DNA of 64,000 bases from Reclinomonas americana ATCC 50394 (Eukaryota). The stretch covers positions 14,194-78,193 of the forward strand of contig PS015442.1 of assembly GCA_048213135.1 (NCBI GenBank), written 5' to 3'. The translations under genes and the position numbers were made by a program. The notes under the pieces were generated by a model. It was not told the origin of the DNA, made no database searches, and was given only the letters and a program-made list of their open reading frames with translations. Below, piece by piece: positions 1 to 12,571 of the stretch. Each line of letters starts with the position of its first letter. Position 1 is the stretch's first letter.

Positions 1-604
1 GCCGGTCACGCCCACGGGACACTCGCCGGGCTTGGCCGCCCGCGAAATGGCCTTCTTGACTGATATCATCAGGTCGCGCGGGCACGCAGGCACCACCGTG
101 GCGCCCTCGCACACCAGCAGTGAGCGCACATCACCTGTGTGTGTGTGTGAAAATGAGCACGCGTTGAGTTGGGACGCACTCGTACTGACACGCACCATTG
201 CGATCGCGACGAGAGGCCTCGCGCACGCGCTGGAGCTGGCGAGTGAGGTACGCATGACGCGAGGCAGTGCTGCTGGAGTCGCCCAGCAGGTCTTCCTTGG
301 GTGTGAGTGGATGCAAGGCAAAGTAGGGGTGCGTCGGAGGCAGGCCGCGTTGATCCACATTAGGATTCACGTACTTGTGGTACGCCTCTGCGTATACCAC
401 AAGACACAGAAGCGCCACGCCAACAGCGGCCAGGAGGCCACCGAGAACTGAGTGCGGATGGCGCATGAAAAGGTCTTTTCTCGCACGATTACGGAAAAAC
501 GAAAACTGGCATACCGGGACAAAGACAACTTCCGACGCACTCGACGTGAGGTGCTTGTCGAAAGTCTCCATGCCCGTGCGGCACTTGTCCTCAACGCCCA
601 TCAT
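1..604 (-). CDS. Hypothetical membrane protein, spliced, runs off the window edge
   Basis: ORF 131-604 has a hydrophobic segment (VLGGLLAAVGVALLCLVVYA) and intron-like interruptions; no family recognised. Confidence 0.45.
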
Positions 605-754
605 CTTCTTCTTCAGCGACGCCCGCTGCGGTTGATGTAATTATTGTGGTTCATTTTTTCGAATTCGCAACGCAGAATAACAAAGGGGGGGAGATTGGAG
701 CTACTATTACGGGATTGCAGAACAAGGATATTTGGAGGGAGGGCGGGAGACTGG

Positions 755-3291
755 TCAGTCGTCTGGTCCGAGCCGACTTCGCTTGAAGGGTGGTGGAGTG
801 ACGGAGCGATCGACGGGCAAGACGTCGGCGTCGACGTCGATGTTCTCGTCGCTGCTGCTGCTGGCCAGGCTGCTGGCGCCTCGCTTGAAGAGGCGTCGTG
901 CAGAACGCATGTCGCTACTGGAGACTCCGCCGCCGCCGCCACCGCCACCACCACCACCTCCACCGGCGGTGGCACTGGCGGTGATGTCCAACGAGTTGCA
1001 GCTCTCCGATCGGCAAAAGCCCCAGTCGTCGTGCAGGCCGGGCACGTCGTCTCCGTTCAACTCGGATGTGGTCATGGTCAAAAACTCCTCCTCGTCGGGC
1101 ATCAGAATCGACAGATGGCTGCTCAGCTCTGCTGCCTCCAGGGATGGCTCAGGGCTGGCGCTGAACATGCGGCGCACAGCCAGTGCCGACGACATCCCCG
1201 ACTGCTGCTGACAAGGAAGTTGTGGTGGCGGCTCCGCCGGTGTCACCGACATTTCTGGCGGCGCAGGCTGCGGAGGGTGCAGCGGTATTGGAAGTGGCAC
1301 CGGTGCGGCGGAGATGTACGGCCCGGGTGGCGGAGAATTGTGGCCGCTGCGTGCACGCGCCGACATTTGCAGCGCGGCGGCGATTGACCTGGCCGGCAAA
1401 GGCACAGGTGATCTGACTGGCAAGGGCACAGGTGGTCTGTCCGCGACTATCGGCCGCTGGGCGGCGGCGGCGGCGGCGGTCGCGGTGGTAGTGGTGGTGA
1501 TGGTGGCAGGCATCGACGACGCACTGGGTTCCACTGTTGTGGTGGTGGTGGTTGTTGTTGTCGTGGTCGTCAGCACGGTGGTGGCACCGGTGCCGCTTCG
1601 CGACGGGACAGTGGAAACGGTCACAAGCTGTCGCCTACCCTCCGTGTAGCTGCGACCCTGAAACCTGTCGAGGCAGTAGACGACCTGTGGTCGATGGCCT
1701 CCGCTCGTGGAATCGTAGCTCGGAGTTGAAGACGGCGCCTGGTGTTGCTCGCCAGCCGCCACGCCTGTCTCTGACTCATGTGGCGATTCCGACGACCGCG
1801 GCGGCAGCGATTGCAATGGAAGCTCAGAGGCGGGTGGGCGTTGTTCCGTGTTCTGCCGTGGCGCCGGCTGCGCGTGACCCGCGAACGGTGACATGGCTGG
1901 GGACATAGCCGGCGACTGTTGCGAGAGCATCATTGACGACGAGAACGGCGACGGGCCGCTGGCCGGTGGCGCTGGACGAGGTGGTGGTGGTGGCGGTGGT
2001 GGTGGCGGTGGCGGTGGTGGTGGTGGTGGTTGCGGTGGCGCATAGCTGTGTGGTGACGGCGCCACCGACGACGCCGGCGATGAAGACGACGAAGACAAGG
2101 AAGAGGGGCTCTCGCGCGGGGGACTGTGAGAGCGCGCCGAGCTATTGTTCAGGGTGATGGGCTGTCGGGAACCGGCCTCAGCGGACTTGTTGCTCGGTGC
2201 TGGCGGTGTTGGCGGCGCTGATGGCTTCGTCTTTTTCATCGGCTGCAACGGCGACTCCACAAACACAATCGTGCCCTTCGCCGCCGGTGAGGAGCGCTGC
2301 CGAGTGTGGCGAACCTTGCGCGTTGCCGCCGCAGGTGATGGCGTATCCCTAGTCGATCTCGACGGCGATTCTGCAGGCGACGACGCCTGAGTGGCGGCTG
2401 TCGACACGGCAACCGACGCAGGCACAAGCGGCACGGCCAGTGGCTGCGCCATATCTGCTGGTGGACCAGCGACAGGCATCAACACGAAACGCGGTGCAGA
2501 CGCGCCCTGCACCTGCATCGGAACTCCGGCCGCCGTCGGTGTCCCCTGCACAGATAAGTAACGATGAGTGCGGTGCACTCACGAAGCCATAGAAGTAGAG
2601 AAGAACAGACACACCGATCGCTGCACAAACATGACATTGCGGAGAAAGTCTCTGGCGTTGAACGTGATGGTTCCGCCATCCGGACTGAACACGCCAACGC
2701 TTGTCTCATTCCCCTGCAGGCAATCGGTAAGCACCACCGCCACCAGTGCCACGCAATGAACCACAGCGAAGCATGCACGCAACATCCATGCCTCCCTCTG
2801 GCGGCATTACAGGCACCAACACTGAACATACGAGCACGCACGTCACTCTCCCAATCAGCACATGATGATACCGCACGGTGACGAGTACAAAGAAAGCGAT
2901 TGGTACCTTCCATCGGCATGTAATACGTCGCCGCCGTGGGTGCCGGCGTCGTCACTGCAGCAGCAGCAGCAGCAGCAGCAGCAACCGGAGTCATAGTCGC
3001 CGCGGGTGGCGGAGGCGGAGGCGGCGGCGACGATAACGGAACCGCAAATGCAGCCGTTGATGACGGCGGCGATGAGTAATGCGGAGGCGGCGGTGGCGGC
3101 GGCGGTTGATGCTGCATATGCGGTGGCGAATGCGACACTGGCGGAGGAGTCGGCATCAACGGCGTGTGCATCATCATCATCATCGATGGATTCGAAAGCT
3201 GCGGTGACGACCATGACGACGCCGGTGACGCCGCCGACACAGCCACACTCGTCGGCATTGACGTCACAGGGCTCACGCCACTCGCATGCAC
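755..3291 (-). CDS. Pro/Ser/Thr-rich low-complexity hypothetical protein, spliced
   Basis: 607-aa open frame at 755-2578 plus a 5' Pro-rich frame near 2905-3291. Poly-P, poly-T and poly-G tracts; basic C-terminus FKRSRL. Internal exon structure uncertain. Confidence 0.55.
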
Positions 3292-4291
3292 CGCATCGAT
3301 CGGCGACTGAGCGAAGAGAGAGTGCGTGATATGAGTGAATGAATTTTTTCAGCGCAACGAATCATGCATGCATGCGTGTGTGCGCCAATAAACGCACCAC
3401 NNNNNNNNNNNNNNNNNNNNNNNNNNNNNNNNNNNNNNNNNNNNNNNNNNNNNNNNNNNNNNNNNNNNNNNNNNNNNNNNNNNNNNNNNNNNNNNNNNNN
3501 NNNNNNNNNNNNNNNNNNNNNNNNNNNNNNNNNNNNNNNNNNNNNNNNNNNNNNNNNNNNNNNNNNNNNNNNNNNNNNNNNNNNNNNNNNNNNNNNNNNN
3601 NNNNNNNNNNNNNNNNNNNNNNNNNNNNNNNNNNNNNNNNNNNNNNNNNNNNNNNNNNNNNNNNNNNNNNNNNNNNNNNNNNNNNNNNNNNNNNNNNNNN
3701 NNNNNNNNNNNNNNNNNNNNNNNNNNNNNNNNNNNNNNNNNNNNNNNNNNNNNNNNNNNNNNNNNNNNNNNNNNNNNNNNNNNNNNNNNNNNNNNNNNNN
3801 NNNNNNNNNNNNNNNNNNNNNNNNNNNNNNNNNNNNNNNNNNNNNNNNNNNNNNNNNNNNNNNNNNNNNNNNNNNNNNNNNNNNNNNNNNNNNNNNNNNN
3901 NNNNNNNNNNNNNNNNNNNNNNNNNNNNNNNNNNNNNNNNNNNNNNNNNNNNNNNNNNNNNNNNNNNNNNNNNNNNNNNNNNNNNNNNNNNNNNNNNNNN
4001 NNNCTTGCTCTTGGCATCCTCCGCCGCCGCGGCCGCCTCATCATCTCTCATCGTCCGATTGTGCAACATCGTCCGAAGTGTCGAAAACAAACACAGAAAA
4101 CGAAACCCGCACACTCACTGTGTACGCGCGTGTGTGTGTGTGTGCGTGCGTGTGTGCGTGGAGGCACACACGCAGAAAAAGTGTGTGTGGGGGAGGGGAG
4201 AGAGAGAGAGAGAGTCGCTGCGCGTGTTTTCCGGCTCACACACTCACAATTTGTGTTACTCGCGAGCGATCGCCGGAGAAACTACTTACGT

Positions 4292-5496
4292 ATGCGCATT
4301 GTGCACGTCACGGGCTTTGAGGAGGACGGCTCGTTGCTGGCACGTGCGCCACTGGTGGAGTGGGACGACGACGATGAGGAGCTGCAAGTGGGCGTCGTCC
4401 GTCGACGACTGATGCAATCGGTGGCTGGCTGCTGTGAGCTGCGACTGGTGCACGTCACTGCTCGCTCCCCACGTGTGTGTCTCTTGCTCTCTCACTTGTG
4501 TGTGTGTGCAGTCGCGTCGCGATCACAGTGAGCGAGCGATGCAGCGTGGTCTGATTTTGGCGGCGCCACTCGATGAGGACGATGAGCGGGTGCGACGCGA
4601 TGAGACGCTGTATGTGGTCGTGGTGTGCGAGGTGCGCGAGGTGCCTCTGTGGAATGCGCGGGTGCGAGTGGGCGTGTTTGCCGGCGATCTGTTTGCGATC
4701 AACGCCGATGCTGTTGTCAATCCGGCCAATGAGGCATTGTTGCGCGCAGCGAGAAAAGGGAAGGGAAGGGGGAAGTGCGGATCGCAGCCACTGAGCGAGA
4801 ATGCACAGACTCGGCGGTGGCGGTTTCGATGGCATGATCCACATGGTGGCGGGACAGGTGCTGCAAGACGAGAATCACAAGCTGCCCGGAGAACTGGTGG
4901 TTCGTCTTTGCGTGTGAGCAGGTGGTGATCGTCGCGATTGCTGTGCCCCCTCATCGCTGCGGTGCAGTACTCTCTTGGCGACATTGAGTTCCGCGAACGA
5001 TGTCGTGCGTCTCTTGCTCCCACGTCTGTGATCGATTCGCGCTACATGCTCACTTTGCCACACATGCAGCCGATGGCGGTGCGGTAATCACGCCGGCTGG
5101 CCACTTGCCGTGCCGGTACGTAATCCACGCCGTGGCACCGTATCTGGACGAAGAGGGCCGACCAAAAGAGCGCCTCCTGCGGGAGACGTACGCCAACTGC
5201 TTTGCGCGTGCCATGGAGACGCCCGACGTGCACTCGGTGGTGTTCTCGGCGCTCAGCGTCGGTTTCTACGGCTACCCCATCGTGGAGGCGACGCGGATTG
5301 CTCTCGAGTGCACCAAGCACTTCCTGGAGGAGGTCGATCGCGAAGGCAAGCTGGAGCGAGTGCTGTTCTGGTCGATGGCGTGCAGCACAACCGAGACGCG
5401 GAGATTTTTGATCGTCGCGTGCTCGAGGAGGAGATGGAGAGGGTGTTTGGAGCGGCAGAGATTCGGAAGGCCGAGGATCGGGGGGGAGGGGAATGA
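4292..5496 (+). CDS. Macrodomain protein (MacroD/YmdB-like ADP-ribose or O-acetyl-ADP-ribose hydrolase) with an N-terminal extension; apparent 1-nt frameshift near the 3' end
   Basis: Spliced translation gives GDLFAINADAVVNPANEALLGGGGFDGMIH, AVITPAGHLPCRYVIHAVAP and SVVFSALSVGFYGYP, which are the classic macrodomain motifs. Confidence 0.9.
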
Positions 5497-6128
5497 AGGC
5501 GATGGGGCAAGTGAGATATCGGAGGAGGAAACGCATTTGCCGGCATGCGCAATTCATTCAACATCTCCAAACAAGCAACAACCAGATGACTTGACCCGAC
5601 TAGATCTCAACATAGCTGTTGCTTGCTTGTTGGTGAATTGGGGTTGTTTGTTGCTGAAGATGATCCCTTTTGCAGCAGCTGGCCATGGTCGAAATCGATG
5701 TCGAAGCTCTGCAATTTATCGCGACCGGCAATTCGCCTGATATCGATACTCTGCGCACGACACAGGCAAGGAGAGGAACAGGTTCAGTGGTGAAGACCTC
5801 CACGAGTACAAGGAAGCTGCAGCCTTTCCAATTACAACGATTCCGCGGCCACAAAATTTGCGAAGTCAAATTCACAGCTCTGATCCTGCAACTGCACAAG
5901 CACCAAGAAGTATCGCATCACGTACTGCCTTGTGCCGACATTGTACGCGCAGTTGGAGTTGGCCTTTGCCAGCACCGCTTTCATGTCACGACGATCGACG
6001 GTCCATCCGATCCACCGACCGATCGTTGCTCTTCGCGTGTGTGTGCACGTGTGTGTCTCTCTCTCTCTCTGTGTGCGCACACACCCACGTGCGTGTGTGT
6101 GTGTGTGTTACAAAAAAAGGCAGTCGCC

Positions 6129-9100
6129 ATGCACTCGGACGCTGATCACGAATTTCTGAGTTTCTCAGCGTTGCAACGCACTCTCGGTCTCAAGAATGAG
6201 AACCTGGAAGACAGTCTGCCTCTCGATGATACCAAGGTGACACACACTGCACTCACTCTGTGTGTCTGTGTGTGTGTGTGAGAGAGAGAAGAGAGGAACA
6301 GTCACCAATGAGCGTGTTTGGTGTGTGAGAGTGTTGACAACTGGTGACCGACCGTTCGTTTGTGCGCGCCATGTGCCACTCACACTTTTTTCTCGTCTCT
6401 CCAACTCTCTCTCTCTCTCTGCTCACACGCTCACACACACGCGCACTCTCGTCAGTCTCTCATCACGTGTGTCACATCTCTTGAGCACAAGCACAAACAG
6501 ACACTCAGTCAGATAAAAGATAAACTCATTCTTGTGAGGAGAGTGAGAGAGAGCACTCTTTTGAAGAGAGAGACACACACACATACACACACTCTGACAT
6601 ACGCAGACGCACTGGGTCACACAGACACTCACACGTTCACCCAATCATGGTCACTCTCACACACAGTCGATCGTTTCTCATTCGCTCGACCTCTCCATAT
6701 CCTCTCTCTCACACGCATGCACGTACACACAGATACACACATACACACACAGAGAGAGAAAGAGAGAGACAGACGCACTGTCTCACTCACTCATTCATTC
6801 TCACTTGTTCACCCAATCACTCCCGAGCTCGTTCACACCCTCTCTCCTGCCCACGCCCTCTCTCCTGCACCTCCCACACTCTCTCGCACAAGAGAGAGAG
6901 AGAGAGAGAGATTAACTGACAATCTCTCNNNNNNNNNNNNNNNNNNNNNNNNNNNNNNNNNNNNNNNNNNNNNNNNNNNNNNNNNNNNNNNNNNNNNNNN
7001 NNNNNNNNNNNNNNNNNNNNNNNNNNNNNNNNNNNNNNNNNNNNNNNNNNNNNNNNNNNNNNNNNNNNNNNNNNNNNNNNNNNNNNNNNNNNNNNNNNNN
7101 NNNNNNNNNNNNNNNNNNNNNNNNNNNNNNNNNNNNNNNNNNNNNNNNNNNNNNNNNNNNNNNNNNNNNNNNNNNNNNNNNNNNNNNNNNNNNNNNNNNN
7201 NNNNNNNNNNNNNNNNNNNNNNNNNNTGGTGCGCCGGAGCTGGTCAAGGCCGCGTTGGATCACATTGTGACTGCGCCACCGGATCACCAGTTTGTGTTTG
7301 CCACCGGTCTCATGCATTTGCTGGAGCCGCCAAGCGAGCTGGTCGATGAGGCCTCTGTGGAGGACCCACCGGCACCCGAGATCACATCACCGACGGCGGG
7401 TGGTGGAGTCAACATTGGTGGTCGACGGCCACCGGGTGTCCGCGCGCTGGCGTCGGCGTCGGATCTCGACGAGGACGACGATCGCGTGGCTAGCGATATT
7501 GCCGCGCCGGCCGGGTTCTTTGTGCGCTGTTTGAGCGCTCTGCTCAAGCTCTCCGAGTCCACCAACGCCGCAGTGGCCAACGACTTTACCGATGTGCTGG
7601 TGGAGGCTGTGAGGGTGGCCCTACCGCAGGGTGTTATTGCGAAGCAGGTGCGGACTGGGTACAGCTGGCGTTTCCATATTTTGTTGTTTTGGCTCATTCC
7701 AGATGGTCGGCACACAGGTCCTTCCGTTCGCCGTCTCACACAGCGGCATCAGTGCCAAGTCACGTGGTCGTATCCTGGCCTGCCGTCTCTTTGGTGCGCT
7801 GGCTTCGCGGTTGCCGCGCGAGACGATTCAGCGCGAGTTCCTGCAAGATGCGCTCTCCATGTGTCAGGATACGGATTTCGATGTGCGGTGTACAATGTGC
7901 TTGCAGTTGCACGAGGTGCGTGTGTGCTGTGCGTGCTGCTACTGTTCAGTCTCCAGTGATGCTCACGTGCTCGTGCACACAGTTGGCACGCGGCATCGGA
8001 CCGGAGCTGTCCAAGGAGCTGCTGCTTCACGAATTGTTGGAGTTGCTGCAGGACGAGGAGGTGCATGTAAAAAGTGTGGCTGTGCAGGAAGGTAGGCATG
8101 CCCGTGTTCACGCGAAAGTCAAGCGTTCTGCCCGACCGGCTCATCCCTCTTTTTGGCAGTGGTGGAACTGTTTGATTTCTTTGACGACGATGTGCGGCGT
8201 AACACGCTGTTGCCGATTTTTGTACAATTTGCTGTGTCGGCGCCGGCGGACTTGCGTGAGACCCTGGCTCGCTCCATTGGGACGTTCTTGTGGAAGGCCA
8301 AGGGTGTGTGCAGCACATTGTGTGTGTGGGTGGGTGGGGGAGCGACTTGTACTCATTTTTCTTTCGTTGTGCATACAAATAACAGGTATCATGACCGACG
8401 AACATCTGCTTCTCTTTGTGGAGTTTTTCAGGGATACGTGCCGTCGTGGCACCACCGCGGCACGTCATCTGTGTGCATTCAATTTCCCGGTGCGTGGCGA
8501 TCTCCTTTATTTTGTGTGTGCCATACGTGTCTCACTTGCCATGCACGCGCATAGGCTGTGGTCGCCGTCGCTGGTATCCGGCGGTACTCTTCGCATCTGC
8601 ACGCTGTGCATGATGGATTCTCGACGGACGCAGAGGAAAATGTTCGCGTCCCCACTGCTGCCTCGCTGCATGAGGTCTGTCGTCGTCTCCTGATGTTTCG
8701 ACTGTCAAGTGTCGTCGACCCTCACCTCACGTTGCGACAGGTTGCACGACTCGTAGGTCCAGAAAAGGCCTCGGAGCTCGTCAAGCCTATTGCTGTGAGG
8801 CTACTTGGAGTTGCGTGTGTACTTTCAAGAAAAGGTGTACTGTCGTCACGCGGAGTCTCACGAATGTGCGCAGGATGGGTCGGACTCGGTCGTCATTGGC
8901 GTTCTCAGTCACATGGAGGAGCTGCTGGAGATGCTGACGGCGGCGCCGGGAGTGTCGTCCGTGGGTGCCTGGGCAGGTGGAGCAGCCGCGTCGTCGTCAA
9001 GGTGAGAGTCGCGCGAAAGAGGGGGTGGAGATTGTGTCGCACTCACACTGCGTTTGTAGGCTGGACCCAACGCCACTCGCTCCCAACGATCGTCTGGTCA

Positions 9101-10991
9101 CCACACTGCTGGAGTTGGAGGCACGAGTGCGTGACAGATGGCGGCCGCTGTTGGCGTATGTGACGCAGATGCGGTGCCTGGTGCGCTTTGTGAACATTGA
9201 CGTGATCATCGACAAGGTCGTACCCATGTTGTTCAAGTACATGAGCTCGGTGAGCTTGGGCGACCGTGGGGGAGGGGTGCGTGCACACAAAGCTCGGTGA
9301 CTGACTAGCGTGTGCTTGTATTGCAGGGTCCAAAACCCGTGAGTGACGCGGCCACGGTAGCCGTTGCGGCATACATGCGTAGTCCGCGTCTGGGTAGTCG
9401 AGTTGCGTGTTTTGTTTCATTGTTTTTTTGTTTCTCGGTGGGTCATTGCTCGGAAATGTCTCACGCACCCCGTGGTGCAGAGAACGGAACTGCTTCGTCG
9501 TCTGGTGCTGGATTTTGGAGCGGGGCGCAGCTATCGGCAGCGCATTCAGTACGTGGAGATCGTGCGTGGCATGGCCAAGCACTTCTCACGGCGGTTCATG
9601 CGCTTGAATCTGCTCGACATGGCTCTGCAACTGACCAAGGTGCGTGCGTGTGTCGCAAAACAGATACTGTGAACCCTCACTCACCGACTCTTCTCTCACT
9701 CCGCGCAGGATCCCATACCTAATGTGCGGCTAAGCGTGTGTGGATTGTGCCCGCTGCTCAAAGTCATCCTCAAGCCACCATCCGACGTGACCATGTCGGC
9801 ACGGTTGAACGAGTCCCTGTCGCACTTGTTGCTAGATAAGGACCCAGACGTTGTCAATGCCGCTCAACAGGCACGTGCTTTCTGTCTCTCTCTTTCTTTC
9901 TCTCACTCTGTCGTCTGTTCCTTGTCTCACCACGATCACTGCGCAGGCCCAGCAAGTCACCAGCAAGCTCGACGAGGAGTTTGCCAAGGAGAGTCGCACC
10001 GGCAATCGTGCACCAGAAGACGAGCTGGACCGGAGGAAAGAAGAGGAAGAGCGTGATCTCTTTGCTGCGGTTTGTTTGCTCTGCTGGGCTTTTTTCTGTA
10101 TTTCCGCTATCTAATCAGTTTGCGCCACAGGATGAAATTGATGCCAAGGCCGGGAGGAAAGCGTCGGGCGTTGCAGTGCCGGTGCGCTCGGGTGTTCGCG
10201 GTTCACCAAGTCCAGCAGTCACCGCAGCGGGCAAGCGCGGAGCGCGTGGTGTCATTGGTTGCGTCTTGTTGTGCCGCTGTCCCAACCGCGGATGGGTGCG
10301 CATGTCCGTCACACACACACACGCACTCACACACACGCATGTTCGCTCTCTTTCTCTGCACAGCCAACGGGGTCGGTGGCAGCGGATCAAGTAGTGGCGT
10401 GGGCGGAAGCAGCAGCATTGGGTCGAGTGGAGGCGTGGGCAACGGGATTGGGAGCGGCGCGGCGGGCATTGGGGCCGGCGCCGGCAGATTAGCCGGCGGC
10501 GGTGGCTCTTCCCTAGGCGTCGGTGCCTCCGGTACCGCAGGTCGTGCCGGCAAAGTGGGCGAGAAGCCGTCGGTGGCCGGTGCTAAACCCTCGCCCGACC
10601 GTTTGCGTGCGGGTCTGTATTGTGATTGGGCTTGCTTTTTTTGGAGCGCATTTTTTCTCCTTAAAAACTTCCTTCTTTTTTTTCTCTTTCACGGCGACAC
10701 AGGAGGTGCAAGTGGCTCTGGCTCGTCGTCGACTGCATCGTCGGCATCGGGTGCATCTGCAGGAGCCAGTGGTGCCGGTGGACCCAGGTTTGTGGGGTTG
10801 TTGTCAGATTGTTTTTTTCTTCTTCAGTTATGGTGAAGATGTTCTTTTTTGTATCCTACCACAGCGGCCGCCGGAGCAGCTCCAATACACGAGCTGGAGC
10901 GCGTCCTGTTAACTCGGCTGCCGCCGCCGGTGGTGGTTCCTCCTCATCGTCACTACCAGCCGTGTCGAGACTGGCAAGTCGCGGCCGGTGA
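6129..10991 (+). CDS. PPP4R4: Protein phosphatase 4 regulatory subunit 4-like HEAT-repeat protein with a Gly/Ser-rich tail; multi-exon, spans an N-gap, first exon tentative
   Basis: Spliced motifs LSMCQDTDFDVRCTMCLQL, LLHELLELLQDEEVHVK, RHLCAFNFPAVV, EENVRVPTAASLHEVA, GAGRSYRQRIQY and DPIPNVRL resemble PP4R4 HEAT repeats. Introns are GT-AG and restore frame. Confidence 0.75.
6240..6928. repeat. Compound (CA)n/(CT)n/(GA)n microsatellite tract next to an assembly gap
   Basis: Degenerate dinucleotide repeats seen directly. Confidence 0.85.
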
Positions 10992-11381
10992 GCAGTTGTC
11001 GCGGACAATGCGATACCGCGACACCATGCGTTCTGCATGGTTCACGCACAGTCTCTCTCTCTCTCTCTCTCGCTCTCTCCTTTCTGTTCATTTTCTTGCT
11101 TACATGTATGCATGGTTAAAGAATTGCAGCTAGCAGCACAACCAGTCGCACACGCACACATCATTGTTCATTAGGTGGGCGAGGTGTGAGAGGTCACTTG
11201 ACGCGTTCTAGAGGCGCGAACATACACGGCGTGCATTGCAGGCCGAGAGGCAAAGACAAAAAATAGGAGGGGGTTGTATAGGGAAAGAGAAAGAGAGAGA
11301 GACACACACACAAAAGCGCACGACAATTTTTCTTTCAATCATTAGGCAACAACAACAACAAAAACAGCAGCAGGAAGACGG

Positions 11382-12571
11382 TCAAATCATCGACGCAGAT
11401 CGCAGCATTGCTGGCGAAAACGACATGGGGGGCAGCGCTGCACCCGCCGACGACGACGACTCAGGAGGTGGCGGCTGCATGGTAACGCGGATGAGATCCT
11501 CATAGTCCCTTCTCAGCACCTCCTCTAGCAGATCCACCAGACGCGGGTTAGGCTCCAGCGTCGGCAACACCATTCCGCCCGCATCGTCGACCGGTGGTCC
11601 CGCCCGCACAAAGACCTCGGCTCGCAGCGCCACCCCAAACAGCTCCCGCAACTCACGTACCCGACGTGCAAATGGATCATCGCGCGTAGAAAACGGCACA
11701 AAGCGCTGTGGTGGCGACGGTGGTGGCAGCTGCGACGACTGCATGTATCTATTACCGGCAGCCGTGGGCGACGGGATCACCGGCGATAGTTGCTGCTGCA
11801 GCAGTCTCTGTTGCTGCTGATAGGCCGCCATGCCCGGCGGCAACGTGCGCATTGCCGGCGGCGCTGGCGGTGGCGGCAACGGAGGAGGCAACGGTGGCGT
11901 CTGCGACGTACTCCGTTGCCTTCTCATCGATCCGGCTGCAGTCGCGGTTGCGGCTGTAGGTGCGCTGGACATGGCCATGGTTGTTGTCGATGTTGTCGAT
12001 GTTGCAGTCAGGTTCGGTGGCAGACCGAGCAATGGTGGCACCGAGGCAGCAGCGGCATTGCCAACTGGTGCTGCAGCGGGCACGGGGCGGAGGAGCAGGG
12101 CCGCCGAGGTCGACATCATTGTTGTCGGCGATCCCGAACTCATCAATACGGGGGACGATGGGGAGGAATTGGAGCCGGCCTCGCTGCCGTCGGTGAGCGG
12201 TGTTGAGCATGCAGACTCGCCCGCCGCCAGCGGCAGGCTGCGGCGCGACCCAGGCGCCTGTGCACTTCTTTCTTCAGCAACAAGAGAAGAAGAGGGGAGA
12301 GGGCGAACATGGCCACACACGAAACGACAGGTGGTCCTAGCAAGCCCGACTTGCGCAAGGCGCGCTTGACCTTGGCACGTCGATTCTGGAACCACAGGTT
12401 GATCGACTTTTCCTCGCGGTTCAACACAGCCGCAATCCGCAGTCGCTGTGTCGAGGTGCAACGATAGCAATCAGCTGCACAATACAGGATTGCAATAAAC
12501 GAGTGACGGGAGACGCAACTTCTTCGCGCGACGGGTACGGCGTCGTGGCGAATACGTTCTCTAGCAGGCTC
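11382..12571 (-). CDS. Homeodomain protein with a Pro/Gln-rich C-terminal region; 5' exon(s) further upstream, unresolved
   Basis: Spliced sequence SLLENVFATTPYPSREE|RLRIAAVLNREEKSINLWFQNRRAKVKR contains the WFQNRRAK helix-3 signature. Confidence 0.9.

Noticed and set aside
3339-4412. Long ORFs spanning N-runs, here and at the other gaps
   Set aside because: Artefacts of translating N as X.
5560-5990. Possible small minus-strand gene (MKAVLAKANSNC...)
   Set aside because: Short, no recognisable motif, and ambiguous splice frame.
7255-10991. Non-canonical (non GT-AG) introns or an alternative genetic code
   Set aside because: Every junction I checked resolves as GT-AG once GTTGCG donors are used. 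In-frame stops fall in introns, and TAA and TGA both end genes normally.
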